Assembly: GCA_944384535.1 (NCBI GenBank)
Contig: CALWTS010000031.1
Span: 71,461-135,460 of the forward strand
DNA: 64,000 nt
DNA from: an uncultured Clostridia bacterium
Lineage (GTDB): Bacteria > Bacillota > Clostridia > Christensenellales > UBA1242
Reading direction: 5' to 3'
Part shown: in pieces, positions 57,922-64,000 of the stretch
Layout of the letters: each line of letters opens with the position of its first letter
Numbering within the stretch: position 1 is the first letter of the stretch
Translations under genes and position numbers: made by a program
The notes under the pieces: model-generated
What the model was told of the DNA's origin: nothing
Seen by the model: the letters and a program-made list of their open reading frames with translations, nothing else
Database searches by the model: none

Positions 57922-60676
57922 ATTGTTTTTCTCCCAATGTTAAATTAATTCTATATTTTGAAATATATGGAGCATCCTTACTACAACCATTTATTAAAGT
58001 TTTATTATTTGCATCATATTGTAAATAGTCTACCCATGCATCATCTTCAAAACTATCTTCATAGTAAACAGATATATCTGCATCACAACAATAATTATTG
58101 TCAATATAATAAACTTGTGAAATATTGATCAAAACTTCTTCAATTTTATTAAAAGATTCTATTTTGCCTTTAATGTTTTTATATAAAAATCCTAAGAAAT
58201 AAAATTCATTAAATCTTTTTACAAGTTTCAAGTTCAAATTTTGAGTATCTAACATTTCAGAATCATCTTCAGCATTTTGTAACAAAACTTTATCTATTAC
58301 CAAATATTTATTAATAAGGTCTGATAAAGGATAATAGGCAAAGTTTCCCTCGACTAAAGATTCCTCGCTTTCGATAGTTTTAAATCCTGAAAACGACTGC
58401 ACTTTTCTATAAACACAATAATGTACTTTTTGTATTTTACTGCCCAATTTAAATACATTAATATTGTCATAATTATTTACTATATCTTCTGCTATAACTC
58501 CATTTCTATTTGATAGTCTTATATAAATTATATCATTTGATTTTTTACCATATAGAACTGTTTTAAATTGTACTTCTTCACTATTTGAATCAACTGTATA
58601 ATATGATTCTTCCGAATCGAATACAATATTATTATAGATTCGCAAAAAATTCTTTTCGCTATTCTCGGATCTAAATGATATTTCTACTAAATTACAATTT
58701 TTAAAGTTAATAAACTCAGATAATTCTATATACTGTTTAGATTCAATAGTTTTAATAGTTAATTCATTAATTGTATCGTCTGCTTTATATATAACTTTAT
58801 CACAATTAGATACGTTAAAAAACAGCTTTGATTGGAATGTAAAATCTTCAGAAGTGAGATAGTGACTAAATGTATTTATGCTACCATCATCGATTTTATA
58901 ATATGGAACAGTTAATGAGAATTTACATTTGTATAAATCGTTGTTTATATTCAAATATAATTTCTTTTTATCTAAGTCATTAATTAAAAGACTAAAATCA
59001 GTGTAAATTCTGTTCGCTTTATCTGTAATTGCAAAATTACCATAATATTGAAAAGATATAGTATAATCATTCAATATCATTTGTTGAATCTCAATGCATG
59101 GATCATATAATAATTCATACTTGCAAACAGAGCTATTTTGTTGTATATCGACTAATTCTATTGTGTAGTAATTGGCTTCAATATGCATCTCTTGTATATT
59201 TAATATGTAAGCAATTGTATTCGGTTGTTCAATAATTTCTACAAACTCTGTAGAATCCACAAATTCTCCATTTATTTTAATTCTATTGGCAGATTTATTT
59301 AAATTATGACTAATTAATGCTATATTCTCAATGTTTTTATAAATAGGAATTATATCATCTTGTTTTGTTAAATCTAAACCTAAAATTCTATCACCTATCA
59401 CACCTGGCCTTATATTGTTAGAGAAAAGTATATAATATTTATTATCCAAAATAAATTCATCATTTTCGCAAACTGTTGCATACGATATTTTGTAAAAATC
59501 ATATTCTTTAAGTTTTGTTAATCGCAAATCACAATTTTGTTGATATATAAAATATACAATGCCATTATATGCTTTATTATTTTTAAGCTCTTTGTTGTCG
59601 TCGAATAACATGTAATTTCTAAAAAGATAATCTTTACTGTCATAAATAACTTCATTATCATAATAAATTTTACAACTTATTTTATTCAATGGGTTTTCTA
59701 TCTTATAATCACATTGAATAATTTCACTTCCACCAAGAAGCTGATTTATTCTTAAATTATCATTTTTATAAATCATCTTTTCATCTTCTAATATCTCAAT
59801 TGAGAATAACTTTGGATCATATGAGCCAAAGATTCTTTTAGTAGGAGTATGTAAATACACTGTGCCATTATTGTTTAAATACGTAAAATAAGGAAATTTG
59901 CTTTTTATAAAATTAGTTCTAGTTCTAGTCCTTGTTGTTACAGTTTCTTGTGTTTCTTCTAACCATTTATTAAATGATTCATCTATATAGCAGTTAGTAC
60001 TTACATTTTTACCTCTATAATAGTTATCTAGTTTCTTAATTATATCTTTTGTAAATAATAGAAGTTCATCTCTTTTAAAACCAGTTCTTATAATATTTTT
60101 TGTTGCTCTTATTAGTTTATATGTTTTAGAATTGTTTTGTTCATAATTGTATTTAAAGGAATCATCTGAATCATTTAAATTTCCACCAATCGCTTTAAAA
60201 ACATTTTCAATTTCTTCTTCAATATTATATTCAGAAATATTGCAATCCATATTCTTTACATAAATATCATTTGCAAATTCAATATAATTTGAAGCATATT
60301 TAAATGGAACAATTGCGTTCATAACAGGTATTTGATAGTGTTTTCTTTCGCAGTTATACCTTGTTGTTAGTAAACTTAATACACCATCTCTAATTTTTGA
60401 TTCCATTATCTTTTGATCTGGAAAAATCTCAGAGAATTTTTCATAAACATAGGGCCATAAAGCTCCATCATAATATTTTAATGCTAAGAATGTTAACCCT
60501 AAAATCGTCAAATCTCTTGATTCTTGCGAAGGAAAAGATCGCCATAACACTTCTTTAAATCCTTTCTTTGTAAATGATATTATTTCATCTTCAAAAATTG
60601 GATCATTTAAATGTTTTAACAAAGAATATGCTTGCGTCTTGCTATTTATTAACTCTTTCAATTCTTCTTCAAACAT
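57890..60676 (-). CDS. Large hypothetical protein overlapping the helicase start (Druantia accessory-like)
   Basis: 928 aa; helical N-terminus (KYYDGALWP, NAIVP) then a beta-rich region; overlaps the helicase gene by 32 nt. Confidence 0.65.
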   Translation of the reverse strand: MFEEELKELINSKTQAYSLLKHLNDPIFEDEIISFTKKGFKEVLWRSFPSQESRDLTILGLTFLALKYYDGALWPYVYEKFSEIFPDQKIMESKIRDGVLSLLTTRYNCERKHYQIPVMNAIVPFKYASNYIEFANDIYVKNMDCNISEYNIEEEIENVFKAIGGNLNDSDDSFKYNYEQNNSKTYKLIRATKNIIRTGFKRDELLLFTKDIIKKLDNYYRGKNVSTNCYIDESFNKWLEETQETVTTRTRTRTNFIKSKFPYFTYLNNNGTVYLHTPTKRIFGSYDPKLFSIEILEDEKMIYKNDNLRINQLLGGSEIIQCDYKIENPLNKISCKIYYDNEVIYDSKDYLFRNYMLFDDNKELKNNKAYNGIVYFIYQQNCDLRLTKLKEYDFYKISYATVCENDEFILDNKYYILFSNNIRPGVIGDRILGLDLTKQDDIIPIYKNIENIALISHNLNKSANRIKINGEFVDSTEFVEIIEQPNTIAYILNIQEMHIEANYYTIELVDIQQNSSVCKYELLYDPCIEIQQMILNDYTISFQYYGNFAITDKANRIYTDFSLLINDLDKKKLYLNINNDLYKCKFSLTVPYYKIDDGSINTFSHYLTSEDFTFQSKLFFNVSNCDKVIYKADDTINELTIKTIESKQYIELSEFINFKNCNLVEISFRSENSEKNFLRIYNNIVFDSEESYYTVDSNSEEVQFKTVLYGKKSNDIIYIRLSNRNGVIAEDIVNNYDNINVFKLGSKIQKVHYCVYRKVQSFSGFKTIESEESLVEGNFAYYPLSDLINKYLVIDKVLLQNAEDDSEMLDTQNLNLKLVKRFNEFYFLGFLYKNIKGKIESFNKIEEVLINISQVYYIDNNYCCDADISVYYEDSFEDDAWVDYLQYDANNKTLINGCSKDAPYISKYRINLTLGEKQYANFKSNRKS

Positions 60677-60696
60677 AGCGACTCCTTTTCTTTTGT

Positions 60697-61416
60697 TTAT
60701 TTTTTAAATATAAAAATATATTCATGTGCCAATAGTAAAAAGTTGTATTTTTGACTATTAGTTTTCCAAAAGCCTGTTGCTTTGCAATTATGCTGTTCTT
60801 TTATAATTATTTCTTTTTGTTTAAAGCCAGCATTTACAAACCTTTGCATAACCTCAAAACCAAGAGGTTGTACCATGCCATTCTTTCGAGTATCTCCCAT
60901 AACGATTGCACAAAATTTATCTTTTTTAAGAACTCTATAACATTCACTAGCAACTTTTTCAATTGTGGCTAAAAACTCTTTGTATTTTAAGTGAGATAAG
61001 TCGCCATCAATGTCATCACTATATTTGATAATATCTGCATAAGGTGGATGTGTGCATATTAAATCTATACTATTATCATCAACATTTTTTAAATCACAAG
61101 CATTTCCTAGTTGGACTTCAATATTGTTTTCAAATTCGCAATCAAAATCAAGTTTATCTTTTGTTAGTTCAACAGCTTTTGGGTTTATATCTATTCCAAT
61201 AGCATTTCTATTGTTTAACTTACATTCAACAAGAGTGGTACCACCGCCAACAAATTGGTCTAAAACTAAATCATTTGGTTGAGAGTATCTTAAAATTATA
61301 TTTTTTGCTACATAGGGCGAAAAATTCCCACGATATTTTGCATCATGTGTTGCCCATTTGCCACGATTAGGAAAGCTCCAAACCGTATTTGTTTCAAGTT
61401 CAAAATCTTCTTCCAT
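60697..61416 (-). CDS. DNA amino-methyltransferase (N6A/N4C)
   Basis: VLDQFVGGGTT SAM-binding motif, THPPY catalytic motif, HEYIFIFKK. Confidence 0.85.
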   Translation of the reverse strand: MEEDFELETNTVWSFPNRGKWATHDAKYRGNFSPYVAKNIILRYSQPNDLVLDQFVGGGTTLVECKLNNRNAIGIDINPKAVELTKDKLDFDCEFENNIEVQLGNACDLKNVDDNSIDLICTHPPYADIIKYSDDIDGDLSHLKYKEFLATIEKVASECYRVLKKDKFCAIVMGDTRKNGMVQPLGFEVMQRFVNAGFKQKEIIIKEQHNCKATGFWKTNSQKYNFLLLAHEYIFIFKK

Positions 61417-62276
61417 TATTTTAGGATTTCCTTTAATTTTCCTTGCTCCAATTCTTTTAGATTAAAGATGTTATCTAAAACATCAAAAGTTTCTTCAAGA
61501 TTGTTTTTTGCACCTTGCCAACCTAATCCATCTGTAATCCAAACAAAAGCAAATCCTTTAATGTTTTTACTTTCTTCAGCAATCATTTTATAACTTCTTG
61601 CTGTTTCATTTAATTTAGAACCATTGCTTGAATAAAAGTTCGTTTCAAATGCATAAATACAATTTTTTGTTTTTACAACATAATCAAATCTTTTTGCAAC
61701 TTTGCCAAGATTGGAAAGTTTTGATAAGTCAATGTTCCATTTTTTCTCAATATCACTCAAATACATTTCTTTGAAGTATGTTTGATTTTTTACAAAACCG
61801 GCTTTTTCAATATATCCTTGCAAAACATCTTCCATTAGATGACCGCCACGATTTTTCCTTCCATTTGAGCCAAGCCCAACTTCAACACCAGTAGCATAAT
61901 CAACAAGATTGTTAACTAAGTGATTTGATATCAAATCGAAAAGTCCTGTTTTTCTCATAAATCTTTTTAATAAATCAATATCATCTATTGTTTTGAAATT
62001 GTATTTAAGTTTTTCGCCTTCATCAATAACTTTAATTTCATTTTCTCTAACAGCAATAAGAAGTGGCAAACATTTTCTTATCTCTGGATATTTTTTGAAA
62101 AGATTATCAAAATCCTGTTCAATATTTTTTGAGCCAATAAGAGAATTCATAATATTAAGTTCAACTTTAAGTTTGTCAATATTTCTATAAACCACATTAA
62201 AATCGGTATAGTAATCATAAGTTGCGATACTATCTGTAAACTCATTAAACCATTCTTTAAAATCTCTTTTTATCAT
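61416..62276 (-). CDS. DpnII-family type II restriction endonuclease
   Basis: YYTDF, LNIMNSLIG, GVEVGLGSNGRKNRGG, KRFDYVV, ETNFYSSNGSKLNETARSY, WITDGLGW. Confidence 0.92.
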   Translation of the reverse strand: MIKRDFKEWFNEFTDSIATYDYYTDFNVVYRNIDKLKVELNIMNSLIGSKNIEQDFDNLFKKYPEIRKCLPLLIAVRENEIKVIDEGEKLKYNFKTIDDIDLLKRFMRKTGLFDLISNHLVNNLVDYATGVEVGLGSNGRKNRGGHLMEDVLQGYIEKAGFVKNQTYFKEMYLSDIEKKWNIDLSKLSNLGKVAKRFDYVVKTKNCIYAFETNFYSSNGSKLNETARSYKMIAEESKNIKGFAFVWITDGLGWQGAKNNLEETFDVLDNIFNLKELEQGKLKEILK

Positions 62277-63595
62277 GATCTTAATCCGCCGCCTCCTTCT
62301 CCTGTTTTTGAATAAGCACTTTCCCAACCGGTTTGTCCTTTTATACTAATTGCTTTTGGCGGTTGCAATGTTTTATTGATTTCATTACATATATTTTTAA
62401 AAGGACATTCAGTAATAAAAGGATACATTTTGCCAAAATCAGTGTTTCTTATAGCTATTTCGCCATCATCATCGCTGCATGGGAAAATTTTATTAATTAA
62501 AATGGCTTTTTTTGTTTTTATTCCATTTTTATAACATTTTTGACATGTCTTATTTCTTGAACTATGCCATTTAAACTCATGCTTTCCGTCTTCACATTTA
62601 AAAATTGCTAAAATTCTATTGCAGAATTGTTTTCCTATTACATTATAAATAAAATAGTCCAACAAACAAGGACTTTGTATTGTTTCAGTAGGATATTTTA
62701 ATTGCCATATTTCCCATACTTTTCTCCATGCTTTTGCATTCATATCTTCGATATAAGAATATTGATAATCAAAAATGTCTATAAAACTAGAGAGTAAAGG
62801 TATTTCTGTTTTTAATATTCCTGTTCTTAATGCAATTTTTATTGTATTTACATCACTTGCGACATCAATCTTATCGAAATTCTTAACATTGTCCCATATA
62901 CCCAAAACAACCATATCCCTAATTAGCATATCAGTTTTCTTATTTCCATATCCAGCACTAGGATAATTAATTAAGGCTTGGCGAAAAGCAAATACATCGT
63001 TATTAAATACATTTAATATAGTGTTAGGTTGAGCATTATGTTCTTTTAAAAATTTACATATATTTCGTGCATAGTCTATTCTTTTGTCATTTTGAGATAA
63101 TTTTGCAACTTTGATTTTTTTTGTAAATTCTGCAGGATCTTTTTCTATTATATCTATATCAAAAATTGAATTGTCGATGTTGTAAACATCTGCAAGTTCC
63201 TTAAATTCTCTAGAACCATTAAAATCTTGATTAGCTGTTAATAAACGAATTGTGCAAACTTCATCTTTTTTTAAACCATAAGTATCCCATATTTCAGAAA
63301 ATGCCTTTCCTTGAGTTTGTAAATATACATTATGCAAAGCATCAGCGACTTTTGAACATTTTGTCTCATCTACACTAGCATTTAATATTTCCTTATGGTG
63401 ATTATGCCAATACTTATGAAATTCTGAGAAATAAATACTTCCTGAATTTGATTCAATAAATTCAATATCTTTATATGTAAATAAAAAATTATTTAATTCT
63501 AGTATAATTTGCCTTGCTTGTTCAATTGGAATATTTGAGTTTAATTGAGAAGAAAAACCTTTTATCTTTTTAACAAAACTACTTAATTCATCCAT
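62273..63595 (-). CDS. HhH-GPD DNA glycosylase-like protein with Cys-rich C-terminus
   Basis: AGYGNKKTDMLIRDM (HhH-like with Lys) followed by IDVASDVNTIKIALRTGI (catalytic Asp region), and CEDGKH...CQKC; ATGA-coupled to the DpnII gene. Confidence 0.6.
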   Translation of the reverse strand: MDELSSFVKKIKGFSSQLNSNIPIEQARQIILELNNFLFTYKDIEFIESNSGSIYFSEFHKYWHNHHKEILNASVDETKCSKVADALHNVYLQTQGKAFSEIWDTYGLKKDEVCTIRLLTANQDFNGSREFKELADVYNIDNSIFDIDIIEKDPAEFTKKIKVAKLSQNDKRIDYARNICKFLKEHNAQPNTILNVFNNDVFAFRQALINYPSAGYGNKKTDMLIRDMVVLGIWDNVKNFDKIDVASDVNTIKIALRTGILKTEIPLLSSFIDIFDYQYSYIEDMNAKAWRKVWEIWQLKYPTETIQSPCLLDYFIYNVIGKQFCNRILAIFKCEDGKHEFKWHSSRNKTCQKCYKNGIKTKKAILINKIFPCSDDDGEIAIRNTDFGKMYPFITECPFKNICNEINKTLQPPKAISIKGQTGWESAYSKTGEGGGGLRS

Positions 63596-63597
63596 AT

Positions 63598-64000
63598 TTA
63601 TTTTCTCCTTTTGTAATTTCTTATAACAATTTCAGTTATATCTCCTCGTTTATCTGCTTGGCAATTTATCATTCTTTTTGCAAAAATCCTATCAATCTCA
63701 AATCCTTTGTAAAGCTCATCAAAGAAATTGTCATCAGGGTTGGTGTTTTTTGGATCTGAATTGCTAAGCATTACTAAACAATTTTGTTTATCAAGTTTTT
63801 TTACAAATTCAGCAAGTTCCTTTTGATTATTATCATTAAAACCTGATTTATCATAACCAACAAATGATGAGTTTTCTATAAGTGGACGATATGGTGGGTC
63901 AAAATATATAAAAGTTCTACCATTCACATATTCTTCACAAATAGAGTAATCTCCAAATCTAATTTCAACATTCTGTAAAAGGTTGCTTATTAGAGTTAAA
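63598..64000 (-). CDS. Dam/DpnM-type adenine methyltransferase (3' part only)
   Basis: FIYFDPPYRP, VMLSNS, R-IN...RG-ITE C-terminal motifs. Confidence 0.9.
   Translation of the reverse strand, partial: LTLISNLLQNVEIRFGDYSICEEYVNGRTFIYFDPPYRPLIENSSFVGYDKSGFNDNNQKELAEFVKKLDKQNCLVMLSNSDPKNTNPDDNFFDELYKGFEIDRIFAKRMINCQADKRGDITEIVIRNYKRRK

Larger units (their letters stand above)
49717..64000. mobile_element. Integrative element (serine recombinase + rolling-circle HUH Rep) carrying defence genes; far end outside the window
   Basis: att-like end at 49717-49743, then recombinase, Rep, origin hairpin, helicase pair and RM genes, all on the minus strand. Confidence 0.85.

Noticed and set aside
49799-64000. 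Prophage or filamentous phage interpretation of the recombinase-Rep region
   Set aside because: No capsid, Zot-like ATPase, terminase or tail genes in view; the cargo is defence-type.

Overview
A very AT-rich chromosomal segment from a low-GC, probably spore-forming Clostridia-like Firmicute (yabP/yabQ, Spo0A-C domain gene, T-box, OLE RNA; standard genetic code). Core genes are gltX (partial), dnaB, typA, tRNA-Asn, an RluA-type pseudouridine synthase, an Asn T-box-controlled aspS-gatCAB operon, and an OLE RNA with oapA. These are mixed with orphan and accessory genes: a 3261-aa surface lipoprotein, a dual-HEPN protein beside a candidate sRNA, an HD-hydrolase/RelA-like synthetase pair, a zincin-like protein, and several pseudogenes. 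From about 49.7 kb to the window end lies an integrative element with a large serine recombinase, a rolling-circle HUH Rep, and a CTTGATA-containing origin hairpin. It carries defence cargo: a Druantia-like helicase pair and a DpnII-type RM cluster with an inserted HhH glycosylase-like gene. The most striking observation is a 2.3-kb cassette at 6929-9236. It has a near-identical origin hairpin and ends that rejoin into a symmetric 50-bp attP-like site resembling the large element's end, but no recombinase or Rep. It looks like a non-autonomous satellite carrying one membrane-anchored AAA ATPase. All calls come from reading motifs by eye; no database searches were run.
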